Shown: positions 19,570-29,448 of the stretch, piece by piece | Position numbering within the stretch: position 1 is the first letter of the stretch | Layout: each line of letters begins with the position of its first letter | Assembly (NCBI GenBank): GCA_963760125.1 | Contig: CAVXBV010000012.1 | Location: forward strand, 9,355-73,354 | Length of the DNA stretch: 64,000 nucleotides | Origin: an uncultured Actinomycetota bacterium | GTDB taxonomy: Bacteria; Actinomycetota; Actinomycetes; Mycobacteriales; SCTD01 | Direction of reading: 5' to 3' | The notes under the pieces: generated by a model | What the model was told of the DNA's origin: nothing | The model's input: only the letters and a program-made list of their open reading frames with translations | The model's database searches: none | Translations under genes and position numbers: made by a program

Positions 19570-20355
19570 GTGACGGTGGAAGCGCACGACGCACGACCGA
19601 CACCGCTCGCCGTGCCGGCGGCGGACGAGCTAACGCGGGTCGTGGCCCTGGACGGGCCTGCCGGCAGCGGGAAGAGCACGGTGGCGCGCGCTGTGGCTGC
19701 GGCGCTGGGCTGGCGTTTCGTGGACACCGGCGCGACCTACCGAGCGGTGACGCTGGCGGTCCTGCGCGGGCGCGGCCTGCCCGAGGGGCCCAAGGGTCCG
19801 CTCGACGCGCGGGTGGCGGCGCCCATCGCCCGCGCGGCGCACGTCGAGCTGAGCACGGACCCCGGCGAGAGCTGGGTGCGGTTGGACGGCGAGGACGTCA
19901 CCGCGGAGATCCGCGGTACCGAGGTCACGGCCGCGGTGAGCGCGGTGAGCGCGCTGCCTGAGGTGCGAGAGGTGTTGATCGCCCTCCAGCGGCGTGCCAT
20001 GGGCGTCGAGGGAGCCGTCGTTGAGGGTCGTGACATCTCGACCGTGGTGGCTCCGGCCGCGGCCGTGAAGGTCTACCTGGACGCGTCTGCGGAGGCGAGA
20101 GCGCGCAGGAGGGCGGGCGAGGTGACCACCGCCGATCATGATCCGGCAGCCGTGCAGGCCGCCGTCGCCGTGGCGCTGGCGGCCCGAGATGCTCGTGACA
20201 ACCAGACGAACAAGCTCCAAGCGTCTGATGGTGCGGTTCATCTGGATACGACAGCACTGTCCATCGATCAGGTGGTCGACGTCGTTGTTGCCCTGGCTCA
20301 CGACGCAGGGCTGGTGGCGCCGCGTCCCGGCGACCGATCTCCGGGCTCCCTGTGA
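19570..20355 (+). CDS. cmk: Cytidylate kinase
   Basis: VVALDGPAGSGKSTVARAVAAALGWRFVDTGATYRAVTLAVL. Confidence 0.93.
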   Translation: MTVEAHDARPTPLAVPAADELTRVVALDGPAGSGKSTVARAVAAALGWRFVDTGATYRAVTLAVLRGRGLPEGPKGPLDARVAAPIARAAHVELSTDPGESWVRLDGEDVTAEIRGTEVTAAVSAVSALPEVREVLIALQRRAMGVEGAVVEGRDISTVVAPAAAVKVYLDASAEARARRRAGEVTTADHDPAAVQAAVAVALAARDARDNQTNKLQASDGAVHLDTTALSIDQVVDVVVALAHDAGLVAPRPGDRSPGSL

Positions 20356-21083
20356 TGGACGAGGCGCGAGCCACGGGTGCCCGACGCCGGGCCACGGGGG
20401 AACGGCGGGCCTGGGTGGTCCTCGCCAGCCGGCCCTTCGGCTGGGTCCTGTTCCACGGGCTGTTCGCCGTCCGCGTCAGCGGCGCTGAGCACGTCCCCCG
20501 CCACGGTCCGGTGCTGCTCGCGGGCAACCACACCGGCTTCCTGGACGGGCCGCTGGTCTACACCGTCAGCCCCCGTCCCGCGTCGTTCCTCGCCAAGAGC
20601 GAGCTGTTCGTCGGCCCGCTCGCGCGGGCGCTCGGCTGGCTCGGCCAGATCCCGGTGCATCGGGGTCGCCCGGATCGCGAGGCGTTGCGCGCGGGGCTGG
20701 CCGTCCTCGAGCGAGGTGAGGCACTGGGCGTGTTCCCCGAGGGCACCCGCGGCGCGGGCACGCTCGACGCCGTGAACGACGGCCTCGCCTATCTCGCCCT
20801 GCGCAGCGGTGCGCTCGTCGTGCCCGTCGCGGTCCTCGGTACGGCAGAAGCGCTGCCCCGAGGACGCCGCTTCCCGACGCTGCGCGCCCCGGTCCGCGTG
20901 GTGTTCGGCCGGCCCATCTCGGTCGACGTGGACGGTGACCCGCGCGCGCGGCGTACCGTGGGAGCCGCGGCAGAGCAGCTGCGGCTCGCTCTGGTCGCCC
21001 ACCTCGAGGTGGCGGCCCGGCAGCACCAGGGCACCAGCGGGGCCGATCCACGGGTCGCAGCCCCCCGCGAGAGGGACGCATGA
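20352..21083 (+). CDS. plsC: 1-acyl-sn-glycerol-3-phosphate acyltransferase
   Basis: [15 protein letters not shown] (HxxxxD box) and VFPEGTRG. Overlaps the cmk stop. Confidence 0.9.
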   Translation: MMDEARATGARRRATGERRAWVVLASRPFGWVLFHGLFAVRVSGAEHVPRHGPVLLAGNHTGFLDGPLVYTVSPRPASFLAKSELFVGPLARALGWLGQIPVHRGRPDREALRAGLAVLERGEALGVFPEGTRGAGTLDAVNDGLAYLALRSGALVVPVAVLGTAEALPRGRRFPTLRAPVRVVFGRPISVDVDGDPRARRTVGAAAEQLRLALVAHLEVAARQHQGTSGADPRVAAPRERDA

Positions 21084-22414
21084 GCGAGTACGAGAGCGAC
21101 CAGCCGGTCCTGGCGGTCGTGGGACGGCCCAACGTCGGCAAGTCGACACTGGTCAACCGCATCATCGGCCGTCGCGAGGCGGTCGTGGAGGACGTGCCCG
21201 GCGTGACGCGGGACCGTGTCACCTACGACGCCGTCTGGCGCGGGCGTCGGTTCACCGTGGTCGACACCGGCGGCTGGGACCCGGACGCCGTCGGGCTGGC
21301 GGTGGCGGTCAGCGCGCAGGCGGAGATCGCCATCGCGGCAGCGGACGCGGTCCTGTTCGTCGTGGACAACGTGGTCGGCGCCACCGACGCCGACGAGGCC
21401 GTGATCAAGGTCTTGCGACGTACCAACAAGCCTGTCGTGCTGGCTGCCAACAAGGTGGACGACGAGCGCGGCGAGGCGGACGCCGCCGCGCTCTGGAGCC
21501 TGGGTCTCGGCGAGCCCTACGTGGTGAGCGCCCTGCACGGTCGGGGGAGTGGCGAGCTGCTCGACGCGATCCTCGAAGCCCTGCCCGAGCTGCCGGCGGA
21601 GCGGTTCGTCGAGCCGGAGGGCCCGCGCCGCGTCGCCCTGCTGGGCCGGCCCAACGTCGGCAAGTCCAGCCTGCTCAACCGGCTCTCCGGCGAGACCCGC
21701 GTGCTCGTCGACAGCGTCGCCGGCACGACGCGGGACCCCGTGGACAGCCTGGTAGAAGTCGGCGGAGAGACATGGAAGTTTGTCGACACCGCGGGCTTGC
21801 GGCGAAGGGTCAGCCACGCCAGCGGAGCGGAGTACTACTCCAGCCTGCGCACGCAGAGCGCGCTCGACGCGGCGGAGGTGGCGGTCGTGCTGCTCGACGC
21901 GAGCGAGCCGATCAGCGAGCAGGACCAGCGCATCATCGGCATGGTGGTGGAGACCGGCCGCGCGCTGGTCATCGCGTTCAACAAGTGGGACCTCGTGGAC
22001 GAGGACCGTCGCTACGACCTGGCCAAGGAGATCGACCGCGAGCTCGCCCGTGTCGCCTGGGCGCCGACGCTCAACGTCAGTGCCCTCACCGGCCGTTCGG
22101 TCGACAAGCTGGCCACCCATCTGCACACCGCGCTCGACGGGTGGGAGACGCGCATCCCCACGGCGCGCCTCAACCAGTGGATCTCCGAGCTCATCGCGCA
22201 GACCCCGCCGCCGGTCCGCGGGGGGAAGCAGCCCAAGGTGCTGTTCGCCACCCAGGCCGGTACGCGCCCGCCGCGGTTCGTGCTGTTCGCCAGCGGGTTC
22301 CTCGAGGCCGGTTACCGCCGGTTCATCGAGCGGCGGCTTCGGGAGGACTTCGGTTTCGCGGGGACGCCGATCGAGGTGAGCGTCAAGGTGCGCGAGAAGA
22401 GCAAGAAGAGCTGA
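21080..22414 (+). CDS. der: Ribosome-associated GTPase Der/EngA
   Basis: Two G domains: [15 protein letters not shown] and [15 protein letters not shown], plus DTGG/DTAG and NKVD/NKWD, and a KH-like C-terminus. Confidence 0.96.
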   Translation: MSEYESDQPVLAVVGRPNVGKSTLVNRIIGRREAVVEDVPGVTRDRVTYDAVWRGRRFTVVDTGGWDPDAVGLAVAVSAQAEIAIAAADAVLFVVDNVVGATDADEAVIKVLRRTNKPVVLAANKVDDERGEADAAALWSLGLGEPYVVSALHGRGSGELLDAILEALPELPAERFVEPEGPRRVALLGRPNVGKSSLLNRLSGETRVLVDSVAGTTRDPVDSLVEVGGETWKFVDTAGLRRRVSHASGAEYYSSLRTQSALDAAEVAVVLLDASEPISEQDQRIIGMVVETGRALVIAFNKWDLVDEDRRYDLAKEIDRELARVAWAPTLNVSALTGRSVDKLATHLHTALDGWETRIPTARLNQWISELIAQTPPPVRGGKQPKVLFATQAGTRPPRFVLFASGFLEAGYRRFIERRLREDFGFAGTPIEVSVKVREKSKKS

Positions 22415-22457
22415 CCCTGCTAGGGTCTGGTCGCTGTCCGGGGTTCGCCTCGGGCTG

Positions 22458-22531
<74 letters not shown>

Positions 22532-22637
22532 CACAGCGGACGGCACCGGCTCCGGCCCGGGCCGCCGCCTCGTCGAGAACGACCACGGAGCGATAGTCTC
22601 ACCGGACGGCCACCCAGGTCGCCTGGGAGGATCACCT

Positions 22638-23252
22638 GTGACGCCGCACGAGCCCGGTGCCGACCGGATCTGGACGATCCCCAACGCGCTGTCCATGTTG
22701 AGGTTGCTGGGCGTCCCGGTCTTCCTCATCTGGGTGCTCCGCGCCCCGTACCACGACGGTTGGGCGATCTGGCTGCTCATCGCCGCGGGGATCAGCGATT
22801 ACGCCGATGGGAAGATCGCCCGGCGGTTCGGGCAGTTCTCCCGCCTCGGGCAGCTGCTCGACCCGGCCGCCGACCGGCTGTACATCGCCGCCACGCTCAT
22901 GGCGCTGGTCGTCCGCGACGGGCTGCCCCTGTGGTGGGCACTGGTGCTGGTCGGACGGGACCTGGCTCTGCTCCCGACGCTGCCGATCCTCAAGCGCCAC
23001 GGGTACGGGCCGCTACCGGTCCACTTCCTCGGCAAGGCGGCGACCTTCAACCTGCTGTACGCCTTCCCCATGCTGCTGGCCGCGCTTCCTGAGCGCGATG
23101 ACCTGCTCTCGACGATCTTCCGTCCCCTCGGCTGGGCCTTCGCGACCTGGGGGAGCGTGCTCTACGTATGGGCAGGCGTGCTCTACGTCGTGCAGGTCCG
23201 GCACCTGGTGCGAGCAGATCGCCCGGCGAGCCAGGAGCAGGCGCCGGCCTGA
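22638..23252 (+). CDS. CDP-alcohol phosphatidyltransferase (PgsA2/cardiolipin-synthase-like)
   Basis: IPNALSMLRLLGVPVF and GISDYADGKIARRFGQFSRLGQLLDPAADRL, which fits the D(x)2DG(x)2AR...G(x)3D(x)3D motif. Confidence 0.9.
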   Translation: MTPHEPGADRIWTIPNALSMLRLLGVPVFLIWVLRAPYHDGWAIWLLIAAGISDYADGKIARRFGQFSRLGQLLDPAADRLYIAATLMALVVRDGLPLWWALVLVGRDLALLPTLPILKRHGYGPLPVHFLGKAATFNLLYAFPMLLAALPERDDLLSTIFRPLGWAFATWGSVLYVWAGVLYVVQVRHLVRADRPASQEQAPA

Positions 23253-23715
23253 CCCGGGCGGGGGCGTTCCCGACGGTGCGCCGCCGGAAGGGGCTGGACC
23301 GCGCCTCAAGACCGGTCCGGAGGGCTCAGGAGGCCCAACTATCAGGTCGACGTTGAGACCAACAGAACACAACTGACCAGCATCAGGCGCCTGTTCGGCG
23401 GGAAGTCGCAGGGGCCTGAGGGCGTACGACGGCGCACACCACGTCGGTCCGGAGGGGGTCCCCAACTCCCGCCCACCTGCCTCCCGGCCGCCGCCCGATC
23501 AGCGGCCAGCACCCCACCTGCGCCGAGCGCCCTGTGTCGGCCCCAGTGTCCTGCGTCCTGTGGCCCACGGCCTGGTGCCCCGAGGCGCTCCCGAGGGTTC
23601 GTGCTCGCCGGCCCGGCACGGCATGCCCCGCCCCGCCCGGTGTCGCCCGAGGGGCGGGTTGAGTCCTGCCGGCAGCCTGCGCGCGGAGCGCGTCCCGGTG
23701 GGGCAGGATGGAGCC

Positions 23716-24567
23716 ATGCCCGACGCCCTCCCGCCTGCGGTGCGTGTCGACAGATCTATGAGTCTGCTCGGCGACATGGCCTCCGCCGCTCTGGATCCCT
23801 CGTACGCGGAGGTCGCGACCCGGCGAGGGCAGGCCGGCCCGACCCGGCCAGGGAGACGGACCACGCTCGTCGTCGGCGTGGTGTGCGCCGGACTCGTCAC
23901 GGGTGTCGCCGCGGCGCAGGTGCGCAAGGACGCCAAGGTCGTCGACGGGGTGCGGACCTCCCTCGTCGCGGACGTGCGCCGCGAAACCCGGCAGAGCGAC
24001 CTGCTCGCCCAGGAGGTCGCCGGCCTCCGGGACCGGGTCGCCGCGGTGCGCGCCGAGGCCCTGGGCGCTGACACGGCGGGCAGGTCCGCCGCCGCGCGCC
24101 TCGACGCCCTCGAGGTCGTCACCGGCGCAGCCGCGGTGCACGGTCCGGCGCTGGAAGTCGTCCTCGACGACGCCGCCGACGACGTCGGGGTGACCGACCG
24201 CGGAGGCCAACCCGGCGACGGTCGGGTCTTCGACCGCGACGTGCAGGACGTGGTCAACGCCCTCTGGTGGACCGGGGCAGAGGCGGTGTCGGTCAACGGC
24301 CAGCGCCTCACGGCCCAGACCGCCATCCGCTCGGCAGGAGAGGCCATCCTCGTGGACTTCCGTCCCCTCAGCCCGCCGTACGTCATCCGCGCCATCGGCG
24401 AGGTCGACCGCATGGAACCCGCCTTCGCCGACAGCGCGACCGTCCGGCGCCTGCAGACCCTGGCCAGCCTGTACGGCGTGCGGTTCACGCTCGGGCGGCT
24501 CGAGGACGCGCTGCTTCCGGGGGCGGCGGACCCGGACCTGCGCGGCGTCCGGGAGGTGACGCGATGA
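23716..24567 (+). CDS. DUF881 domain membrane protein (Rv1823-like)
   Basis: Met53 of ORF 23560-24567. N-terminal TM, coiled segment, then GPALEVVLDD...DVQDVVNALWWTGAEAVSVNGQRL...IRSAGEAILVDFRPLSPPYVIRAIG. Confidence 0.8.
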   Translation: MPDALPPAVRVDRSMSLLGDMASAALDPSYAEVATRRGQAGPTRPGRRTTLVVGVVCAGLVTGVAAAQVRKDAKVVDGVRTSLVADVRRETRQSDLLAQEVAGLRDRVAAVRAEALGADTAGRSAAARLDALEVVTGAAAVHGPALEVVLDDAADDVGVTDRGGQPGDGRVFDRDVQDVVNALWWTGAEAVSVNGQRLTAQTAIRSAGEAILVDFRPLSPPYVIRAIGEVDRMEPAFADSATVRRLQTLASLYGVRFTLGRLEDALLPGAADPDLRGVREVTR

Positions 24568-24896
24568 TCCCCGCTGTTGCCCTGGTCGTGGGCGTGGTGC
24601 TGGGCCTGGTGCTCCAGCCGACCGTGCCGGACGCGCTCCAGCCCTACCTGCCGATCGCCGTCGTCGCGGCGTTGGACGCTGTCTTCGGGGCGATCCGGGC
24701 TCAGCTCGACGGCATCTTCGACGATCGCGTCTTCGTCGTGTCCTTCGTGAGCAACGTGCTCGTCGCTGCCCTCGTCGTCTTCCTCGGCGACCAGCTCGGC
24801 GTCGGCGGGCAGCTGTCGACGGGGGTCGTCGTCGTGCTCGGGATCCGCATCTTCACCAACACGGCAGCGATCCGCCGGCACCTGTTCCATGCCTGA
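24564..24896 (+). CDS. Small basic family protein (DUF1290, Rv1824-like)
   Basis: ATGA overlap with the upstream gene. MIPAVALVVGVVLGLVL...PIAVVAALDAVFGAIRAQL...GIRIFTNTAAIRRHLF. Lies inside ORF 24267-24896. Confidence 0.8.
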   Translation: MIPAVALVVGVVLGLVLQPTVPDALQPYLPIAVVAALDAVFGAIRAQLDGIFDDRVFVVSFVSNVLVAALVVFLGDQLGVGGQLSTGVVVVLGIRIFTNTAAIRRHLFHA

Positions 24897-25638
24897 GGAC
24901 CGTGCGGAGCCTCGTCTGGCGCGACGGTTGCTGCGCCCGCGGGCCCGCCGGGTCGACCTCGCCGTCGCCGGCTTGCTGCTCGTGCTGGGCTTCGCGCTCG
25001 CCGTGCAGGTGCGCTCGACCGACAACGAGGGTCCGCTCACGAACGCCCGCCCCGAGGACCTCGTCCAGATCTTGGACGAGCTCGACAACCGCAACGACCG
25101 GCTCCGCCAGGAGATCGCCGCGCTGGCCGAGACCCAGCGGGCCCTGACGTCGGGCTCCGGCGACAGTGCCGCCGCGCTCGCCGAGGCGCAGCGGCGCACC
25201 CAGCTGCTCGGCGTGGTCGCCGGAACGCTGCCGGCCACGGGGGCGGGGGTCACCGTGCGCATCACCGATCCGTCCGCGAAGGTGAGCGCTGCCGTGCTCC
25301 TGGACGCGCTCGAGGAGCTCCGCAACGCCGGTGCCGAGGCCGTCCAGCTCGAGGGCACGGCGGAGACGGGGGCCGTGGCGGCGGTCAGGGTCGTGGCGCA
25401 GACGTTCTTCGTGGACTCCGCCGACGGCATCGTGGTGGACGGCACTGCGCTCGTGGCGCCGTACCGCTTCGTGGTCATCGGGGACCCCGCGACCCTCGCC
25501 GGCGCGATGGCCATCCCGGGGGGCATCGAGGACGCGGTGCGTCAGCAGGGTGGGGTCGTCCAGGTGGACCGGCGAGATCGCGTTCGGGTGGGCGCCTTGC
25601 GGCAGCTTCAGGAGCCTCGTTACGCTCGCCCCTCCTAG
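24889..25638 (+). CDS. DUF881 domain membrane protein (Rv1825-like)
   Basis: TM segment, then coiled region NDRLRQEIAALAE, then GAGVTVRITD...LLDALEELRNAGAEAVQLEG. Confidence 0.8.
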   Translation: MPEDRAEPRLARRLLRPRARRVDLAVAGLLLVLGFALAVQVRSTDNEGPLTNARPEDLVQILDELDNRNDRLRQEIAALAETQRALTSGSGDSAAALAEAQRRTQLLGVVAGTLPATGAGVTVRITDPSAKVSAAVLLDALEELRNAGAEAVQLEGTAETGAVAAVRVVAQTFFVDSADGIVVDGTALVAPYRFVVIGDPATLAGAMAIPGGIEDAVRQQGGVVQVDRRDRVRVGALRQLQEPRYARPS

Positions 25639-25681
25639 GCCGCGCCGTCCGGCGCAGCCACCCTCTGGACGAGAGGCTCCG

Positions 25682-26068
25682 GTGAACCCCGCCGACCTGA
25701 ACTACACCGCCGAGCACGAATGGGTCCGGGCAGCCGGGGAGAGCCTGCGCGTCGGGATCACCGACTACGCGCAGGAGGCGCTCGGAGACATCGTCTTCGT
25801 GACGCTGCCGGCCGTCGGTACCGAGGTGACCGCTGGGCAGTCCTTGGGTGAGATCGAGTCCACCAAGAGCGTGTCCGACATCTACGCCCCCTTCGCGGGC
25901 TCCGTGACCGGGGTCAACGCCGCGCTGGACAGCAACCCCGAGCTCGTGAACAGCGATCCCTATGGCGAGGGCTGGATGGTCGAGATCTCGCCGGTCGACG
26001 GGGAAGCGGTCGCGCTGGCCGGCTTGCTGTCGGCGGTCGCCTATGAGGCTCTGATCGCCCCCGCCTGA
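25682..26068 (+). CDS. gcvH: Glycine cleavage system H protein
   Basis: GTG 25682 within ORF 25331-26068. YTAEHEWVR...VGITDYAQEALGDIVFV.LP.VG......LGEIESTKSVSDIYAP, which contains the lipoyl-lysine motif. Confidence 0.93.
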   Translation: MNPADLNYTAEHEWVRAAGESLRVGITDYAQEALGDIVFVTLPAVGTEVTAGQSLGEIESTKSVSDIYAPFAGSVTGVNAALDSNPELVNSDPYGEGWMVEISPVDGEAVALAGLLSAVAYEALIAPA

Positions 26069-26297
26069 GCTTCCCCTCCGGGTTGGGTAGTCTGCGGGGC
26101 CGTAAAAGGCTTGATCTCAGGTGGAGACATTCAGGTCGACCTGCGGTTGACCCCTACCGCAGCGCGCGACTAGCGTGCGGTCATCAGCGGTTCGGTCGGC
26201 GCCACGCGGACATACCTGTCTCGTCTCGTCGCGCACGTCCGCACGGCGGGCCCGGCCACCCCGGCCACCTGTACCACGGCGAGGAGGCGGCGACAGC

Positions 26298-26858
26298 GTG
26301 TTCTGCACCCAGTGCGGTCAGCAGAACCCCGACGGCAGCAAGTTCTGCAGCCGATGCGGGGCGGCCCTGGCGACGGCGACCCCTCGCGGGGTGAGTGACG
26401 CGGCAGACGCCACGTCCACCCTGTCCCTGCCGGACCTCGCGCTGGCCGGCGGTGCCGACGCGCCCGCGCCCGACGCGGCGGTTGGCGACGATCCGCTCGC
26501 CGAGGTCGGCGACGCGACCGCGGGCGTGGTGGACAGCTTGCCCGGTGGTTCTGCCTTGCTCGTGGTCAAGCGCGGGCCCAACGCCGGCTCGCGGTTCCTG
26601 CTCGACCAGGACGTGACCACCGCTGGACGTCACCCTGACAGCGAGATCTTCCTCGACGACGTGACGGTCTCCCGACGTCACGCCGAGTTCGTGCGCGAAG
26701 ACGAGGGCTTCCTCGTCCGTGACGTCGGCAGCCTCAACGGCACCTACCTGAACCGCGAGCGCATCGATGCGGCCGCGCTCGCCGGCGGCGACGAGGTCCA
26801 GATCGGCAAGTACCGCCTGGTCTTCCTCACCGGACCACGCACGGGGCAGGGTCGGTGA
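26298..26858 (+). CDS. garA: FHA-domain protein (GarA/OdhI-like) with N-terminal zinc-ribbon
   Basis: GTG 26298, 10 nt after GAGGAGG. CTQCGQQNPDGSKFCSRCG, then a Thr-rich linker (ADATSTLSL). FHA domain: LLVVKRGPNAGSRFLLDQDVTTAGRHPDSEIFLDDVTVSRRHAEF...VRDVGSLNGTYLN. Confidence 0.85.
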   Translation: MFCTQCGQQNPDGSKFCSRCGAALATATPRGVSDAADATSTLSLPDLALAGGADAPAPDAAVGDDPLAEVGDATAGVVDSLPGGSALLVVKRGPNAGSRFLLDQDVTTAGRHPDSEIFLDDVTVSRRHAEFVREDEGFLVRDVGSLNGTYLNRERIDAAALAGGDEVQIGKYRLVFLTGPRTGQGR

Positions 26859-27619
26859 GCGTGGGTACGGCGGGCTCCCTGCCGAGCGTGAACCCGTCCC
26901 GCGCGTTCATGAGCATCGGTGAGGTCCTCGGCCAGCTCCGGCCTGAGTTCGCCGACATCACCATCTCCAAGATCCGCTTCCTCGAGGACGAGGGCCTGAT
27001 CAAGCCGGAGCGCACGGCGTCGGGTTACCGGAAGTTCTCCCGCGAGGACGTGGGGCGGCTGCGCTACGTCCTGTCCGCCCAGCGGGACCACTACCTGCCG
27101 CTCCGGGTCATCAAGGAGCACCTCGACGCGATCGACCGTGGCCTCGAGCCGCCGGCGCTCGGCGGTGGCGGGCCGCGCGTTCCCCGCGCGCTCGTCGCGG
27201 CGGAAGGGATGCCGGGTCCCGAGGCCTTTCGTCCAGACGCGAGCGAGGTACGCCTGTCGCGGCGTGAGCTGCTGGACGCGGCCGGCTTGGAAGCGGAGCA
27301 GCTCGAGCAACTGGAGCAGTACGGACTCCTCGGACCGCGACCGGGCGGCTCGCACTACGACGGCGACGCGCTGATCGTGGCCAAGACCGTCGCCGAGATG
27401 TCGCGCTTCGGCATCGAGGCGCGTCACCTGCGGCCGTTCAAGGCCGCCGCCGACCGCGAGATCGGCCTCGTCGAGCAGGTCGTCACGCCCCTGGTCCGGC
27501 AGCGCAGTCCCGAGGCGCGGGCCCGCGCCGAGGAGGTGTCGCGCGAGCTGGCGTCCCTGTCGGTCAAGCTGCACGCCACGCTCGTCAAGGCCGGGCTGTC
27601 GCCGGGGCTGCGGCGCTGA
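26855..27619 (+). CDS. MerR-family transcriptional regulator (FtsR-like)
   Basis: MSIGEVLGQLRPEFADITISKIRFLEDEGLIKPERTASGYRKFSREDVGRLRYVLSAQRDHYLPLRVIKEHL. Start is GTG 26855 or ATG 26909. Confidence 0.85.
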   Translation: MSVGTAGSLPSVNPSRAFMSIGEVLGQLRPEFADITISKIRFLEDEGLIKPERTASGYRKFSREDVGRLRYVLSAQRDHYLPLRVIKEHLDAIDRGLEPPALGGGGPRVPRALVAAEGMPGPEAFRPDASEVRLSRRELLDAAGLEAEQLEQLEQYGLLGPRPGGSHYDGDALIVAKTVAEMSRFGIEARHLRPFKAAADREIGLVEQVVTPLVRQRSPEARARAEEVSRELASLSVKLHATLVKAGLSPGLRR

Positions 27620-27714
27620 GCCGGTCGCCACAGACCACCCCGGCACGGCGTCGGGTACGGCGGTAGGGTTCGACGCGGCGCGGAGTTCCGTGCCTGCCCC
27701 TCGCCCGATCCCCT

Positions 27715-28221
27715 GTGGAGGACCTGATGACTGATCAGGACGGCCCCGCGCTGACGGAGCTCACCGTGGTCGGCGTGCGCGTCGAGCTGCCGAGCCAGCA
27801 GCCGATCGTGCTGCTCAAGGAAGCCGGGGGCGAGCGGTACCTCCCGATCTGGATCGGTGCGGTCGAGGCCACGGCGATCGCGTTCGCCCAGCAGGGCATC
27901 GTCACGGCCCGGCCCATGACGCACGACCTGCTGCGTGACCTGCTCGAAGCCCTCGACCGGCCGCTGGAGGGCGTCACGATCAGCGACCTGCGGGACGGGG
28001 TGTTCTACGCCGAGCTGCGCTTCGCGGACGGTGTGACCGTCAGCGCCCGGCCCAGTGACGCCATCGCGCTCGCCATGCGCACCGGGGCGGTGATCCGCGG
28101 CGAGGAGTCCGTCCTCGCCGAGGCGGGCATCGCCATCCCCGATGAGCAGGAGGACGAGGTGGAGAAGTTCCGCGAGTTCCTCGACACCATTACGCCCGAG
28201 GACTTCGAGCACCCCGCGTGA
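27715..28221 (+). CDS. Bifunctional nuclease family protein (DUF151, Rv1829-like)
   Basis: LTVVGVRVELPSQQPIVLLKEAGGERYLPIWIGAVEATAIAFAQQGIVTARPMTHDLLRDLL. Confidence 0.85.
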   Translation: MEDLMTDQDGPALTELTVVGVRVELPSQQPIVLLKEAGGERYLPIWIGAVEATAIAFAQQGIVTARPMTHDLLRDLLEALDRPLEGVTISDLRDGVFYAELRFADGVTVSARPSDAIALAMRTGAVIRGEESVLAEAGIAIPDEQEDEVEKFREFLDTITPEDFEHPA

Positions 28222-28324
28222 CGCATCCCGCTTGACCACGCTCAACCCTGACCCTCGACCACAGGTTGAGGTCCCCGACGCGCCGCCCGCGGTCGTTGAC
28301 CGCGGTGTTGCCAGTTTCTACGGT

Positions 28325-28383
28325 GACCTCTCGAAGGACGCCTTCAAGGACCCCTTCGAGGACCCCTTCGAGGACCTTTCGAG
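28325..28383. repeat. 12-bp tandem repeat GACCCCTTCGAG, about 5 units (two perfect)
   Basis: Units at 28325, 28337, 28349, 28361 and 28373; the last is 11 nt. Lies between the nuclease stop and the first usable merR start (GTG 28406). Confidence 0.8.
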
Positions 28384-28405
28384 CACGGACAGCAAGGAGC
28401 GCACG

Positions 28406-29056
28406 GTGGACGAGACGACGTCGGACCAGCCCCTCGGGGGCGGCCAGCCGACCCGGTCGCCCGGTGGCCCGGAGGGGCCGACGTGGCAAGGCTCGCTGTT
28501 CGACGACCTGCCTGCGGACGAGCGCCCCGGGGCGCGGCTTGAGGACATCGGCTACCGCGGGCCGACGGCGTGCAGCGCGGCCGGCATCACCTACCGCCAG
28601 CTCGACTACTGGGCCCGCACCGGGCTGGTGGAGCCCACCGTGCGCGAGGCCTCCGGGTCGGGCTCCCAGCGGCTGTACTCCTTCCGCGACATCCTGGTGC
28701 TCAAGGTCGTCAAGAAGCTGCTCGACGCGGGGGTCTCCCTGCCCAACATCCGGACCGCCATCGCCGCGCTGCGCGACCGCGGAGTGGAGGACCTCGGTGA
28801 GGTCACACTCCTGAGCGACGGCACCACGGTCTACGAGTGCACGAGCACCGACGAGATGGTCGATCTGCTGCAGGGCGGCCAGGCCGTCTTCGCGATCGCC
28901 GTCGGACGGCAGGTCCGCGACGTCGAGGGCTCCCTGGCCCAGCTTCCGGGGGAGCGCGCCCACCGCGACACCCCGGCCGCCGAGACCGAGACCGAGGCCG
29001 GGCAGGCGCACGCCGACGAGCTCTCCCGCCGTCGCCAGCGCCGCAGCACCGCCTGA
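28406..29056 (+). CDS. MerR-family transcriptional regulator (Rv1830-like)
   Basis: GTG 28406 after AAGGAG. AAGITYRQLDYWARTGLVEPTVREASGSGSQRLYSFRDILVLKVVKKLLDAGVSLPNIRTAI. The upstream part of ORF 28142-29056 overlaps the previous gene out of frame. Confidence 0.85.
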   Translation: MDETTSDQPLGGGQPTRSPGGPEGPTWQGSLFDDLPADERPGARLEDIGYRGPTACSAAGITYRQLDYWARTGLVEPTVREASGSGSQRLYSFRDILVLKVVKKLLDAGVSLPNIRTAIAALRDRGVEDLGEVTLLSDGTTVYECTSTDEMVDLLQGGQAVFAIAVGRQVRDVEGSLAQLPGERAHRDTPAAETETEAGQAHADELSRRRQRRSTA

Positions 29057-29164
29057 GCGGACCGCCTGGCCCGCACCCCGGTAGATCCCCTGTCGTGACG
29101 TCCACCACGGCGCGCCGGGAGTGCGTGGGCCGTCCCCGGGCTGCTAGCGTCGTCGTACGCCGAT

Positions 29165-29385
29165 GACCCCCGCGGGAGAGTCCCTACGCAGCCAGCGCAG
29201 GGCGCCGAAGGAGCAACACTCCCCACCAACCTCTCAGGCCCCGTGAACCGCGACGGGTCGGCGACTCTGGAAAGCGCCAGCCCCGTGGCAGCGGGCCTGG
29301 ACACCGACGGTGCAAACGCCTGGATCCCGTGGCAGCGGGAGCGGGCGTGAAGCTCTCAGGTCCCATGACAGAGGGGGAGGGACAG
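29165..29385 (+). promoter_or_regulatory. Tandem glycine riboswitch (two aptamers) controlling gcvP
   Basis: Aptamer 1: GGGAGAG...GCCGAAGGAGCAA...CTCTCAGGC...GAC. Aptamer 2: CTCTGGAAAG...CACCGACGGTGCAA...CTCTCAGGT...GACAGAGGG. A possible -10 TAGCGT sits at 29143-29148. Confidence 0.85.
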
Positions 29386-29448
29386 CCCCCAGCGTCAGCG
29401 CGCTCGCCTTCGAGCGTGGCAGCGCCGTTGCCCTCCGGGAGAACCCTC

